Source: Clostridia bacterium
Lineage (GTDB): Bacteria; Bacillota; Clostridia; UBA1212; UBA1255
Reading direction: 5' to 3'
Assembly (NCBI GenBank): GCA_016287565.1
Contig: JAEFAM010000001.1
Coordinates: forward strand, 73,344 to 137,343
Length of the DNA: 64,000 nt
The position numbers and the translations under genes are program-made. The first letter of the stretch is position 1. Each line of letters opens with the position of its first letter. The notes below the pieces were generated by a model. It was not told the DNA's origin and ran no database searches. It was given only the letters and a program-made list of their open reading frames with translations. Of the stretch, positions 48,797 through 59,176 are shown piece after piece.

Positions 48797-50404
48797 ATGA
48801 AAGCAAAAGCAAAAACCCATGACACACAAAACAAAAAGCAGCTCAAAAAGATTGCCGCCGCAGGCATTAGAGTGATATTAGCCGCGCTGATCTGCATGAC
48901 CGTGCTGTTGCCAACGACCGCGTGCAAAAAAGTTGACCCGGACTCGAAATTGCCCACGACAAATATTGCCCCGGCCCCGTTGCCGGCGCAAAAAGAGCCG
49001 AACGACAGCGGCGAACCGGTGACATACACGGTCAACGGGACCATTTCCTCCGATATGGTCGTCCAGCGCAACGCGTATTTTAACGTGTTTGGGCGGTCTG
49101 ACAACCCCGGCGCCGTTATTTACGGCGAGTTTATGGGCGAAAAACGGTACGGGATCGTGGCGGAGGACGGCAGCTGGACGATCCGGTTTTCGTCCCACGA
49201 GGCGGTGAACGAGGGACAGACTTTGGTTATCTACCCGAAAAACGGCGAAAGAACCGAGTTTGAAGACATCCTTGTGGGCGACGTTTGGGTGATCTCCGGA
49301 CAATCGAACGCCGAACTGATGTATATGAGCACCGCGTCGACGACGCCGGAATACGCCAAAGAGATCAACAAAAACGATCTGATCCGCATTTATTCGCAGT
49401 CGCGGCAATCGGTGATGGACGCGTACACCGACGGCCTTGACGTTACGATACCGCAGGAAGACGTGGTCTCGCCGAACACGAAATGGGCCAAAACCACGAC
49501 GCAGACGGTGTTGTCCTTCTCCGCCATCGGTTATTATTTCGGAAAAGAGCTCAGCAAAACCATTGATGTGCCGCTCGGCTTGATCATGGCGGCCTCAGGC
49601 GGGTCAACGCTCCACGAACTGATGCCCGGGGACGTTGCCGCGGAACTCGGATTCACCACGGGCGCCAGCGTCCCGGTCTCCGGCTTCTACAACACGTTGC
49701 TTTATCCGTTTACGCGCAACAAAATTACGGGAATGATCTTTTATCAAGGCGAGAGCGAGAGTGCGGGCGGCCAATACCTTCGTTACGCGGATAATCTGAA
49801 GCGGACGGTCAGCGGTTACCGGCACGCGTGGGGGCTGTGTTTCCCGTTCATCAACGTTCAGCTGAGTACCCACGGCAGTGAAGCCGATTATTACTGGCCC
49901 GAGCTGCCGTACATTCGCGCCGCGCAGTTCGACGCCTACCGCAGCATGCTGAATTCGTACATCGTCACGGCAATGGATCAGGGCTACAGAGCGGGGGATC
50001 CGGACTGGGCGCATCCGCTTTACAAGCTGGAACTGGGCAAGCGCGCGGCAAAAATCGCTGCTTACGTCGTTTACGGCCAGGGGGACGCGGCGCATTCGCT
50101 GGCGCCGGAGCCGGACAAGATCACCTGGAACAGCGACAATTCGATCGTTATCACCTTTAAAAACGTGGGCGACGGAATAACGCTGCTGGAAGGCGACAAG
50201 ATTGCCGGCCTTTACGCACTCGACGAATACGGCGACAAGATGTATTCCGAGATCGAGCAGATAGACGGGTCAACGGTCAAGATCGTTTTGACCCGTGAGC
50301 CTTCTGCGGTGGGTTACGGCATCCGTCAAGACGGGCTGCCGGCCAGCGCCAACATCGCCAGTAGCGACGGGATCCCGATGCCGGCCTTTATTATCAAAAA
50401 GTAA
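48797..50404 (+). CDS. Sialate O-acetylesterase family (SASA/DUF303) lipoprotein
   Basis: A GQSNAE block (the family's GQSNM motif) and the family architecture are present. The start at MKAKAK gives a signal peptide, and the Cys of a likely lipobox follows. Confidence 0.7.
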   Translation: MKAKAKTHDTQNKKQLKKIAAAGIRVILAALICMTVLLPTTACKKVDPDSKLPTTNIAPAPLPAQKEPNDSGEPVTYTVNGTISSDMVVQRNAYFNVFGRSDNPGAVIYGEFMGEKRYGIVAEDGSWTIRFSSHEAVNEGQTLVIYPKNGERTEFEDILVGDVWVISGQSNAELMYMSTASTTPEYAKEINKNDLIRIYSQSRQSVMDAYTDGLDVTIPQEDVVSPNTKWAKTTTQTVLSFSAIGYYFGKELSKTIDVPLGLIMAASGGSTLHELMPGDVAAELGFTTGASVPVSGFYNTLLYPFTRNKITGMIFYQGESESAGGQYLRYADNLKRTVSGYRHAWGLCFPFINVQLSTHGSEADYYWPELPYIRAAQFDAYRSMLNSYIVTAMDQGYRAGDPDWAHPLYKLELGKRAAKIAAYVVYGQGDAAHSLAPEPDKITWNSDNSIVITFKNVGDGITLLEGDKIAGLYALDEYGDKMYSEIEQIDGSTVKIVLTREPSAVGYGIRQDGLPASANIASSDGIPMPAFIIKK

Positions 50405-50433
50405 GAAGCGCCAGCAGGCGCAGACCGGCGCGA

Positions 50434-50580
50434 ACGCGGGACAGACTTGGTTTCGCGCCGACTGTGGACGGGGGACAGACTTTAGGTCCCCCGCCTTTTT
50501 TTGCCGGCGAACGAGGACAGCGAACGGGGGACAGACTTGTGTTTTTGCGGGATGCGAACGCGTGACAGACTTGTATCTCG
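50434..50580. repeat. REP-like repeat cluster (4 copies)
   Basis: The sequence was read directly. Confidence 0.8.
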
Positions 50581-50596
50581 ATAGCCCCATCGTCCG

Positions 50597-51541
50597 CTAC
50601 ATTGGTAATAAAGTAAACAAAGGCAAAGTCGCGAAACAAAAGATCGTCGAAATAAGGATACAGTTCGCGGCAAGTTCGGGATTGACCTTGTAGATCTCCG
50701 AGAAATTCAAAGTGTGCGAGGCGCAAGGCGTTGCCGCAAGTATAACGAGCGTAAGGCGCAGGCCGGGCTGAAAAGGGAGAATTTTCGACAACGGCCAGGT
50801 CAAAAGCCAGCAGAAAAGCGGAAAAGCGATCAATTTTAATGCGGCGGCGAGGTAAACGTTGCCGCGAGTGAATAATTTTTTGAGATCTGACATGGCGAGG
50901 CGTACGCCGACGATAAACATACAAAGCGGGGCCGTCATCGCGGCAAAGTTGGAAGCCATTGACGTTACGGCCGACGGCAGCGAATTGCCCCATCCGAAAA
51001 AGTAGAACGGGAGTGAGATCGCGAGGCCCACGGTGGCGGGGTTCAGGAGCGCGGATCTGACCGAAATGTGGCGTTTGTCGCCGGTCAGGAGGAAAACGCC
51101 CACGGTAAACGTGACGATATTCATCGAAACGATAAACATTGTCGCGCAGCAGAGGGCCAAAGCGTTGCCGGGGAGGATCGCGCGGACAAGCGGGAGGCCG
51201 AAATAGCCAACGTTTCCAAGCACGGAGGCAATATTGACCACCCGAATCGGCTGTTCGATCCGCTTTTTTCCGGCAATCAGATAAAAACCAAGGCAAAAAG
51301 TGAGCTGAGCGGCAAGCGAGATCAGGAAAAACATTCCCATTTGCGCGAGATGTTCCGGTTTATATTCCAGCGAGATGAAGCTCGTGAATTCCAAAAACGG
51401 CGTGCCGATAAAGACCAGGATGCCTGAAAGCGTCGGCAAGTGGTCGGCGAACGCTTTTTTGCATTTGCAGAGGACGAAGCCGGGGACAATGCACGCGAGT
51501 GTTACGAGGACGTTGGTTAGGGCAATCAAAAATGTGTTCAT
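50597..51541 (-). CDS. AEC-family (auxin efflux carrier / malate permease-like) transporter
   Basis: A 314-aa protein with ten transmembrane helices and the duplicated 5+5 architecture typical of the family. Confidence 0.7.
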   Translation of the reverse strand: MNTFLIALTNVLVTLACIVPGFVLCKCKKAFADHLPTLSGILVFIGTPFLEFTSFISLEYKPEHLAQMGMFFLISLAAQLTFCLGFYLIAGKKRIEQPIRVVNIASVLGNVGYFGLPLVRAILPGNALALCCATMFIVSMNIVTFTVGVFLLTGDKRHISVRSALLNPATVGLAISLPFYFFGWGNSLPSAVTSMASNFAAMTAPLCMFIVGVRLAMSDLKKLFTRGNVYLAAALKLIAFPLFCWLLTWPLSKILPFQPGLRLTLVILAATPCASHTLNFSEIYKVNPELAANCILISTIFCFATLPLFTLLPM

Positions 51542-51547
51542 GGCGAG

Positions 51548-51607
51548 TGTGCGAACGAGTGACAGACTTGGTTTTTTGTGGTGCGAACGAGTGACAGACT
51601 TGCGTTT
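51548..51607. repeat. REP-like repeats (2 copies)
   Basis: The sequence was read directly. Confidence 0.75.
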
Positions 51608-51641
51608 TCTCTCTTGCGGTTACTCCTGTTTTAATTCCGTT

Positions 51642-52454
51642 TTATTTGGGGTTAGGCTGTTCAGGCCAAACGAAAGTCGAAGCGAGATTGCTCTCGCCAT
51701 TGTCGATCAGAATGTCAATTCCGGAGGCAGAGCGGTTGACAGCCGTCAAAAACCAGACCCAATCGGCTATTTCCTGCTCTGTTGCCCACTTCTTCAGCGG
51801 GGTAACATCCATTATCTTTGTCCATAAAGCCGGGTCACGCATAACAGGGTCGTTAGATTCGGTTATTACGCCGCCCGGCGATATAGAATTTGCGATCGCG
51901 CCGTATGGCGCAAGTCTGACGGCAACGTTTTTCATATATCCGATCAGGCCGGCTTTGGAGGCAACGTATTCAGGGAATTCAAATCCGGTATGTGCTGAGG
52001 CGGAAGCGCAAAACAGGACGGAGCGTATTTCTGGCTGGAATGCATATTTTTCGGTAACGTTGATGGCGCCTTTGAGGTTGATCATAATATCGTCAGGGGA
52101 ATTTTGCACTCCGGCGCAGATGAAGATGACGTTAGGCGGAGGGAGTGGGGTGTCGGAGGAACTTTCTTCCCCGAAACGCAAGTCTGTCCCCCGTTCGCGC
52201 TCGGATTCGCATAAGCCAGAGGGTCCATCTTTTGCGAAATTCGGGAGTGTTTCCGGGCGTGAAACGTCAACTATATAGTGAGTATATGCATTGTGCGTGA
52301 TCGTTCCGGGCAAAACGTCAAAACCGAAAACGGAGCACCCTTCTTCGAGGTATTTAATTGCCGCGGAGCGGCCTATTCCGCGGGCGGAACCGGTAATAAG
52401 CACTTTGAGAGACCTGTTATTGCCGTTCGAATCGCCGCTTTTCAGTTCATTCAT
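51642..52454 (-). CDS. SDR-family oxidoreductase with an in-frame insertion derived from a REP copy
   Basis: TGSARGIGRS is the glycine-rich NAD(P)-binding motif. The stretch ...GLCESERERGTDLRFGEESS... is encoded by the REP at 52173-52200, and the loop is about 20 aa longer than usual. Confidence 0.65.
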   Translation of the reverse strand: MNELKSGDSNGNNRSLKVLITGSARGIGRSAAIKYLEEGCSVFGFDVLPGTITHNAYTHYIVDVSRPETLPNFAKDGPSGLCESERERGTDLRFGEESSSDTPLPPPNVIFICAGVQNSPDDIMINLKGAINVTEKYAFQPEIRSVLFCASASAHTGFEFPEYVASKAGLIGYMKNVAVRLAPYGAIANSISPGGVITESNDPVMRDPALWTKIMDVTPLKKWATEQEIADWVWFLTAVNRSASGIDILIDNGESNLASTFVWPEQPNPK

Positions 52455-53197
52455 CTTGCCACGTCCTTTCCGGAAAGTTGTTTTTCAAGTTCGAAATACT
52501 CATCACCGACCCCCAACCGCTTCCAGCGTTTGCAGATGGCGTACCCGGCGGGCGAGAAAACCACCTCCATGAGAAGTTCCAGAGAGGCTCCGATGAGTGA
52601 ACAGGTGACAGACTGGAGGAACGTCCAGTGGAAGCCGTTCCAAAAGATCGGAGCAAACACCATGAAGGTCAAAATGGCAAAGATGAGGTTGTCAACGAAT
52701 TGACCGATGAAGGTGGACGCATAGCTGCGAACGAAAAAAGCGATTTTGCCGTCGGGGTTTGCTCTAAACAGCTTGCCAACCGCAAAATTTAAGAAATTGT
52801 TGACAAGAGAAGAGAGGAAAAACGCAATCGTGCTGCTGAGCAGTATGAACCAGGTGCCGCCGAGGATCTCGTTGAAAGCAGTGTAATCCGCGTCGACGCC
52901 GGGAGTCGGAATTATGCTGACAATGTAGAAAATCAGGCAAACGAGCAGGTTCGTGGCGATAGCAAAAACCGACAATTTCGTTGCCGCCCTTGGGCCGAAG
53001 TGTTTTGTGACGACGTCCATGCACAAAAATGAGATCCACGAAACAAGAATTCCTCCGTCAATTGCCAGAAATCCCGTCTGGATCAGCGTTTTGTTGGCGA
53101 GAAGGTTCATTGTGACAACGGAAATTGCAAAAATGGCAACCACCGGCGATGGTATGGCGCGGAATAGTGCCGAAGTAAGGCGGATTTTTTGCTTCAT
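52451..53197 (-). CDS. Queuosine-precursor transporter (YhhQ/DUF165 family)
   Basis: Its length, six transmembrane helices and conserved pattern fit the family. A GGAG ribosome-binding site precedes the start. Confidence 0.55.
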   Translation of the reverse strand: MKQKIRLTSALFRAIPSPVVAIFAISVVTMNLLANKTLIQTGFLAIDGGILVSWISFLCMDVVTKHFGPRAATKLSVFAIATNLLVCLIFYIVSIIPTPGVDADYTAFNEILGGTWFILLSSTIAFFLSSLVNNFLNFAVGKLFRANPDGKIAFFVRSYASTFIGQFVDNLIFAILTFMVFAPIFWNGFHWTFLQSVTCSLIGASLELLMEVVFSPAGYAICKRWKRLGVGDEYFELEKQLSGKDVAR

Positions 53198-53291
53198 TTG
53201 TTTTTCTCCTTGGTTTTATTTTATAGAGCGAAGGATTTAGAGGCCGAACTTCGCTTTGCGCAATCGTCAAGCTGTCATGAACCGGTGAACT

Positions 53292-54525
53292 CAGTGAACT
53301 TGGGACAGACTTCCGTTGCCTGGATATTCTATCACTTCTGGCCTGTATAGTTCAATAACGAAAAAAACGATTCGATTGACCGGCTTTATTGTCGTTTTTT
53401 GGCAAATTGACGAGAGAAAAAAGCGATTTGGACGATGCTGAGTATGCTGCGTCAAAAAAAGCAAAAGGATACACACAGTTGTAAGCCGGGCTGACTAAAA
53501 GGCAACAACCTTGAACGCAAAATTAATTGACATGTTGTGTTTTCTGTTATCAGATCAACGCGAAAAAAGCAACAAACAACTCTTTCACATTACGATTTTT
53601 CAAATTGTTGTCGCGTTCCGGCGCTAACAGGCCAGCTCTGCCCATTTAAAGACGGTACTTTTGCTCTTCGCCAGGAATTGACCGATTTGCTTGTAAGTCA
53701 GGCCGCGCATTCGGAATTGCCGTATACAGTCGAAAAGTCGGTTCAACCCCATACCGAGAAGCTGCGCGCCGTTATAGCAGGCGGAGAGTGTTTGCATAAT
53801 TTCGAATGAATATTCATCAATGACCCGCGGCTTCAGCTTTTCGGAGAGTTCAATGCAGCGAGATTCCTCGTCGGTCGTCGGACTGCAAGAGTGAAAAAAC
53901 GCAAATTCCGGCTGGGCAATCGCCTCAAAAACGTAATCACGGTCAATCAAAGTGTTGTTGTCGCTGAAAAAGCAGCGAAAACTGCTATCTGCGTAATCTC
54001 CCGCCCGACTGACGAGCCCAGCTTTGACCGGATTGTTGTGAATATATCTGACCAGCGTCCTAAAATAGGCGAGATCCTCCACGACTTCGCTTTTGAAGCG
54101 GTTCTGAAACAGGTGGCCGCAGCGGTCGTATTTGGCGTTGTACCAGCGCACGAACCGGCATTCAAGTTTTTGCATAAATTTGCTGATCAGGCCGCATTCC
54201 GGCTCGCGCAACAACAGATGCACGTGATTCGACATAAAACAATAGGCAAAAACGTTAAAATTGTACTCTTTTTTCAAATCGCCAAGGATAAACAAAAACT
54301 TTTTAATATCGAGCCGGTCAATAAACACTTTCTCCCTGTTATTGCCTCTCAGCATGACATGGTAAGTGCCGGACACGCTCATTTGTCGTGGCATAGTGGG
54401 CATGGTCAATACCTCCATATTTAGTTTTTGGTGGGTACATTCAGATGCTGCAAGCGAGCCCGATTGTATCAGTTTGCATCAGCCTTGTCAACGAAAAAAA
54501 CAGAAGTCTGTCCCCCGTTCGCGGC
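53292..54525 (-). mobile_element. REP–RAYT unit: the tyrosine transposase gene is flanked by inverted REP copies (53292-53315 and 54495-54525)
   Basis: The flanking repeats GGGACAGACTTCCGTT and AAGTCTGTCCCCCGTTCG are in opposite orientations. Confidence 0.7.
53624..54403 (-). CDS. REP-associated tyrosine transposase (RAYT; IS200/Y1-like) with a C-terminal HTH
   Basis: It has YHVMLRGNNREKVF, the HuH motif (FMSNHVHLLL), the catalytic Tyr region (NRF...YIHNNPVKAGLV), and a C-terminal LTYKQIGQFLAKSKSTVFKW. The start was chosen at MPTMPRQ, which has a GGAGGT ribosome-binding site. Confidence 0.8.
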   Translation of the reverse strand: MPTMPRQMSVSGTYHVMLRGNNREKVFIDRLDIKKFLFILGDLKKEYNFNVFAYCFMSNHVHLLLREPECGLISKFMQKLECRFVRWYNAKYDRCGHLFQNRFKSEVVEDLAYFRTLVRYIHNNPVKAGLVSRAGDYADSSFRCFFSDNNTLIDRDYVFEAIAQPEFAFFHSCSPTTDEESRCIELSEKLKPRVIDEYSFEIMQTLSACYNGAQLLGMGLNRLFDCIRQFRMRGLTYKQIGQFLAKSKSTVFKWAELAC

Positions 54526-54548
54526 CCTTGTTCGCACCCGCGTTCGCA

Positions 54549-54577
54549 TTGACATCGGCGCCCCGAACTGGTACAAT
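54549..54577 (+). promoter_or_regulatory. Consensus sigma-A promoter upstream of smc (TTGACA – 17 nt – TACAAT)
   Basis: Perfect hexamers with a 17-nt spacer. Confidence 0.55.
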
Positions 54578-54603
54578 AGCCGGTGCGAAGGCGGTGTAAA
54601 GCA

Positions 54604-57600
54604 TTGTACCTAAAGCGACTCGAGATGCAGGGCTTCAAGTCATTCGTTGACAAGACAGTATTGGAATTCAGCAACGGCATAACGGCGATTGTCGGCCCGA
54701 ACGGCAGCGGAAAAAGCAACATTTCCGATGCCGTTAAATGGGTATTGGGCGAACAGAGCCCCAAGACGCTCCGAGGCAGCCGGATGGAAGACATGATCTT
54801 CGCGGGGACCCAGAGCCGCAAGCCCACGGGAATGTGCGAAGTGTCGCTGATCATGGACAACGAAGACCGGGCGCTGAATATTGACTATCTCGAAGTGCGG
54901 GTGACCAGGCGCCTCTACCGGTCTGGCGAGAGCGAGTACCTGATCAACGGGGCGCAATGCAGGCTGAAGGACATAGTGATGCTGTTCGCGGACACGGGTA
55001 TTGGCCGCGACGGTTATTCGCTGATCGGGCAGGGCAGGATCGACGAGATCCTGAGCACCAAGTCGGAAGAGCGGCGGAACATTTTCGAGGACGCGTCGGG
55101 CATTATGAAATACAGGATCCGCCGGAACGAAGCCGAAAGGAAACTTGCCGCCACGGAGCAGAACCTGCTGCGCATAAGTGACATCGTGAACGAGCTGGAA
55201 GCCCAGATCAAACCCCTGGAAAAACAAAGCGAAGTTGCCCGGAAATATCTTGCCCTCCGTTACGAACTCAGGGACATCGAGGTGGGCGTGCTCAGCGAAA
55301 CGATCACGCGGGCCGAGGACAATCTCGAAGTCATCAACAGGAATATTGACACGGTCAATTCGGACAGGGCGGAGGCCAACGCCGCGCTGGAGGCGCTGAG
55401 GCAGGAAAACGAGTCGAAATTGGAATTGTCCCGCCAGCTTGACGGCCTGATCGCCAAGCTCCGGAGCGACCAGTCGGAGCACGAAAAGCGGATCGAGCGC
55501 ATCAACGGCGAGATCGCGCTGAACAATGAAAAGATCGTCCACGCGAAAGAGGAAACTCAGCGGGCGGACACGGAAAAAGCCACGGAGACCGGCAGGATCG
55601 AGGCCCACAGGCAGGAGATCGACCGTCTGAAAGCGGAGATCGAGGCGCTTGACGGCCAGATAAACGAGATCCGGGCGAAAAGCCGGGCCCAGGAAGAACT
55701 CCTGAACAAGACCGACGGGGAATTGACCGCGGCGGAAGCGAAAAAAGAGGAGATCCGGACGGAACTGGTGCGTCTCAGGCTGGATCTGGGCGAAAAAAAC
55801 AGCAAGGCAGAAGCCGCGAAAGCGCAGATCGGCATGGTGACCGAGCGAAAAGCCGCCCTGGACGTGGAACTGAAGGCGATCCAGGAAAGCGACAGCGCAG
55901 GAGCCGGAGAACTGGGCGAAGCGGAAAAAGAATATATTGACGCGGGCAACGCCGCTTCCGACGCGAAGCAGGAGTACCAGAACAACGAAGGCCGCCTGGC
56001 CGCCCTGAGGACCGCCATCGACGAGGCCAACCGGGAGATCACGTCCCTGACAGGCAGCATGCAGAGCCTGAACGCCCAGTGCAAGCTGCTGAAAGAGATG
56101 GAGGAAGGGTACGAGGGCTACGCCAGAAGCGTTAAAGAAGTGCTCCAGGCCTGCAAAAAGAACCCGGCGTTCGGCGACGGGATCTACGGCGCGGTGGCAC
56201 AGCTCATCACGGTGCCCAAAGAATACGAACTGGCGGTGGAAACGGCGCTGGGGCAGAGCTACCAGAATATAATCACCGAGACCGAGGACGAGACAAGGGC
56301 CGCTATCAATTTCCTGAAAGAACATAGATTCGGACGCGCCACGTTCATGCCGCTCACGGCGGTGACCGGAAAGCGCCTGGACGAGCAGCTGCAGCGAGAA
56401 CTCCGTGCTATGCGGGGGTACAGAGGCATTGCCAGCGACAGAGTGGAATGCGAAGCAAAATTCCGACCGGCCGCAGACAGTCTGCTGGGAAGAGTTGCCC
56501 TTTTCGAGACGCTGGACGACGCGATCGACGCGGCGAAAAAGTATAAATATCAGTTCATGTGCGTGTCCCTCGAAGGCGACATCCTGAGAACGTCCGGCGC
56601 CATCACCGGCGGCGCGGCCGAACGCGGCGCAAAGACCACCGGAGCATTGTCACGGACACGCGAGATCCCCAGGCTGGAGAAGGAGCTGGACGAGGCTTCC
56701 AAAAAGGTGGAAAAGCTTTACAAGAAGCTGTCGGACAATAAAGCCGAGGCGGCCTTGCTGTCGGAGAGCCAGACGGCAAGATTCGAGCAGCTGAGGGAGC
56801 TGGAGCGTGCAGCGTCAACGGCGGCGGCGAAGGTGGCGGCCCTGCGGGAGAGGCAGGAAGGCAGGCGGACCAGACGGGCGAGCCTGGTGGAAGAGCTCAA
56901 AGGGCAGATCACACTGGTGCAGTCGTTGTCCGGGCAGGTGGAGTCCTTCGGAGCCGAAGCGGCGGACATTGCCGCGGCCATAACGGAGGCGGAAAAGCAG
57001 CTGGAAGGCGCGGCGACGGAGGCGGAAAGCGTACGGGCAAGGCGCGAGACGGTCAGCAACGCGCTGTTCGCTATTAAAATTGACGAAAACCGGGTGTGCG
57101 CGGCCAGGCAGAAAGCGGCGGACGACGCGGAAGGCCTCGGGCGCGAGATAGAAACGTTGACCGAAAAGATCGCGTTATACGAATCATCTGCTTCCGAGAA
57201 CGCGGACAACATCAGGTCGCTCCAGGCGGATATCCGGGATCTGGAAACGAAACGGGCGGTGTCGGAACTTGACGCGGCGGATGCGGCGGAAAAACTGGAA
57301 GGCGTCGAGAAGCGCAAATCGGAGACCGACCAGGCCCTGGGCGGTATGCTCACCAGGATCACCGAGATCAACACCCGCATCACCAATATAGAGCAGGAAG
57401 CCAACCGGCTGGAGATCCAGAAGGTGCGCTGCGAAAACGAGATCAATACCGGCCGCAACAGGCTGTGGGAAGAGTACGAACTGACGCTCACCGCCGCCAA
57501 AGAGCTGGCAAAAGACATCGTTATCGAGAACTATAAAGAATCTGCGGCGCGGATCGTGGAGCTCAGAGCGGCCATCAAGGCACTTGGCCCGGTAAACGTC

Positions 57601-58185
57601 AACGCCGTGGAGGAGTACGAGGCCACGGTCACGCGGTACAAGTTCCTTTCCGAGCAGAGCCGCGATATGACGGAGGCCCGGACGAAGCTCAAGAAGACGG
57701 TCGACGAGCTGACGGAGGTCATGCAGCGTCAATTTTCCGAGCAGTTCCAGATCATCCGCGCCAATTTCAACCAGGTGTTCGTTGAGCTGTTCGGCGGCGG
57801 CAAGGCAGATATCGTGTTGTCGGACAACGGCTCCGGCTCTGGCGTGCTGGATTGTGGCATCGACATCAACGTCCAGCCTCCGGGTAAAAAGCTCCAGAAC
57901 ATGCTTTTGTTGTCCGGCGGCGAGCGCGCCCTCACGGCTATTGCGCTGTTGTTCGCGATCCTGCGCATGCGGCCTTCTCCTTTCTGCCTGCTGGACGAGA
58001 TCGAGGCGGCGCTGGACGACGCCAACGTCTACCGGCTGTCCGACTACCTTTCCGGTGTTTCGAAGGAGACGCAGTTCATTATGGTCACCCACAGGAAGGG
58101 CACGATGGAGTACGCCGGGTCGCTGTACGGCGTGACGATGGAGGAAAAAGGTATTTCGAGAGTGGTCTCGCTGAAGATGGAATGA
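54604..58185 (+). CDS. smc: Chromosome partition protein SMC
   Basis: The N-terminus YLKRLEMQGFKSF, Walker A (GPNGSGKSN), long coiled coils, a hinge, and the C-terminal LSGGE and Walker B are present. The TTG at 54604 was preferred over the track's GTG at 54583 because of the promoter position. Confidence 0.9.
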   Translation: MYLKRLEMQGFKSFVDKTVLEFSNGITAIVGPNGSGKSNISDAVKWVLGEQSPKTLRGSRMEDMIFAGTQSRKPTGMCEVSLIMDNEDRALNIDYLEVRVTRRLYRSGESEYLINGAQCRLKDIVMLFADTGIGRDGYSLIGQGRIDEILSTKSEERRNIFEDASGIMKYRIRRNEAERKLAATEQNLLRISDIVNELEAQIKPLEKQSEVARKYLALRYELRDIEVGVLSETITRAEDNLEVINRNIDTVNSDRAEANAALEALRQENESKLELSRQLDGLIAKLRSDQSEHEKRIERINGEIALNNEKIVHAKEETQRADTEKATETGRIEAHRQEIDRLKAEIEALDGQINEIRAKSRAQEELLNKTDGELTAAEAKKEEIRTELVRLRLDLGEKNSKAEAAKAQIGMVTERKAALDVELKAIQESDSAGAGELGEAEKEYIDAGNAASDAKQEYQNNEGRLAALRTAIDEANREITSLTGSMQSLNAQCKLLKEMEEGYEGYARSVKEVLQACKKNPAFGDGIYGAVAQLITVPKEYELAVETALGQSYQNIITETEDETRAAINFLKEHRFGRATFMPLTAVTGKRLDEQLQRELRAMRGYRGIASDRVECEAKFRPAADSLLGRVALFETLDDAIDAAKKYKYQFMCVSLEGDILRTSGAITGGAAERGAKTTGALSRTREIPRLEKELDEASKKVEKLYKKLSDNKAEAALLSESQTARFEQLRELERAASTAAAKVAALRERQEGRRTRRASLVEELKGQITLVQSLSGQVESFGAEAADIAAAITEAEKQLEGAATEAESVRARRETVSNALFAIKIDENRVCAARQKAADDAEGLGREIETLTEKIALYESSASENADNIRSLQADIRDLETKRAVSELDAADAAEKLEGVEKRKSETDQALGGMLTRITEINTRITNIEQEANRLEIQKVRCENEINTGRNRLWEEYELTLTAAKELAKDIVIENYKESAARIVELRAAIKALGPVNVNAVEEYEATVTRYKFLSEQSRDMTEARTKLKKTVDELTEVMQRQFSEQFQIIRANFNQVFVELFGGGKADIVLSDNGSGSGVLDCGIDINVQPPGKKLQNMLLLSGGERALTAIALLFAILRMRPSPFCLLDEIEAALDDANVYRLSDYLSGVSKETQFIMVTHRKGTMEYAGSLYGVTMEEKGISRVVSLKME

Positions 58186-58244
58186 CGCACTGGCGGTTAA
58201 GCGCTGCCGGGGGCTTTGAAAGCCGCCGGCACTTTTAAGGCCCT

Positions 58245-58275
58245 GGGGCGAACGGGGGACAGACATGGGTTTTTT
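58245..58275. repeat. REP-like repeat variant (GAACGGGGGACAGACATGGGTTTTT) that overlaps the ftsY start codon
   Basis: The sequence was read directly. Confidence 0.6.
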
Positions 58276-59176
58276 TGAAAAATTGAAGGCCGGGCTGAAG
58301 AAGACCCGGGAAGGTTTTAAGAATAGATTGAATATGATCCTGGCCGGTTTCGGCAAGGTCGACGAGGACCTGTTCGACGAGCTGGAAGAACTGCTGATCA
58401 CGTCCGATTTCGGCGTCGAGACCACCGAACGGCTGATGGAGAGGCTCCGGGCGCGCGTCAAGGAAGGCCGTATCGTCGACCCTGCGCAGGTGGAAGAGGC
58501 GCTTCGCGAGGAGATCGCGGCAATGCTTTCAAAGGGCGAGCAGGGGCTCGATACAGAAGCGGTGCCTGTGCTGATCTCCGTGATCGGGGTCAACGGCGTG
58601 GGCAAGACCACTTCTATCGGCAAGATGGCCTACCTTTACAAGAACGCCGGGAAGCGTGTCCTGCTGGCGGCCGGCGATACTTTCCGTGCTGCTGCGATCG
58701 ATCAGCTGGCCGTCTGGGCCCAGCGCGCGGGCGTCGATATGATCAGCCAGTCCGAAGGCGCCGATCCGGCGGCAGTGCTGTTCGACGCGTGCCGCAGCGC
58801 CAGGGCGAAGGGCGTCGATGTGCTGATCTGCGACACTGCGGGGCGGCTGCACAACAAAAAGAACCTCATGGACGAGCTGGCCAAAATGAACCGCGTAGCC
58901 GAGCGCGAAATGGCCGGCGTGCGCCACGAAACATTCCTGGTGCTCGACGCGGCAACAGGCCAGAACGCCGTGAATCAGGCGCGAGCCTTTTCCGAAGTGG
59001 CCGGGATCACCGGCATCATCCTGACGAAGCTTGACGGCTCGTCAAAAGGCGGCATCGTGGTGTCGATCTGCGAGGAGCTGGGCATTCCCGTGCGCCTGGT
59101 CGGCGTAGGCGAAGGCATCGGCGACCTGCAGCCCTTCGTGCCCGAAGAGTTCGCAAAAGCGCTGTTCGAGGGCTGA
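58265..59176 (+). CDS. ftsY: Signal recognition particle receptor FtsY
   Basis: The N-terminus [18 protein letters not shown] is typical of Firmicutes FtsY. The SRP GTPase NG domain is present ([19 protein letters not shown]). Confidence 0.95.
   Translation: MGFFEKLKAGLKKTREGFKNRLNMILAGFGKVDEDLFDELEELLITSDFGVETTERLMERLRARVKEGRIVDPAQVEEALREEIAAMLSKGEQGLDTEAVPVLISVIGVNGVGKTTSIGKMAYLYKNAGKRVLLAAGDTFRAAAIDQLAVWAQRAGVDMISQSEGADPAAVLFDACRSARAKGVDVLICDTAGRLHNKKNLMDELAKMNRVAEREMAGVRHETFLVLDAATGQNAVNQARAFSEVAGITGIILTKLDGSSKGGIVVSICEELGIPVRLVGVGEGIGDLQPFVPEEFAKALFEG

Noticed and set aside
54640-58623. Minus-strand ORFs of 561, 266 and 479 aa
   Set aside because: They are antisense to smc and ftsY.
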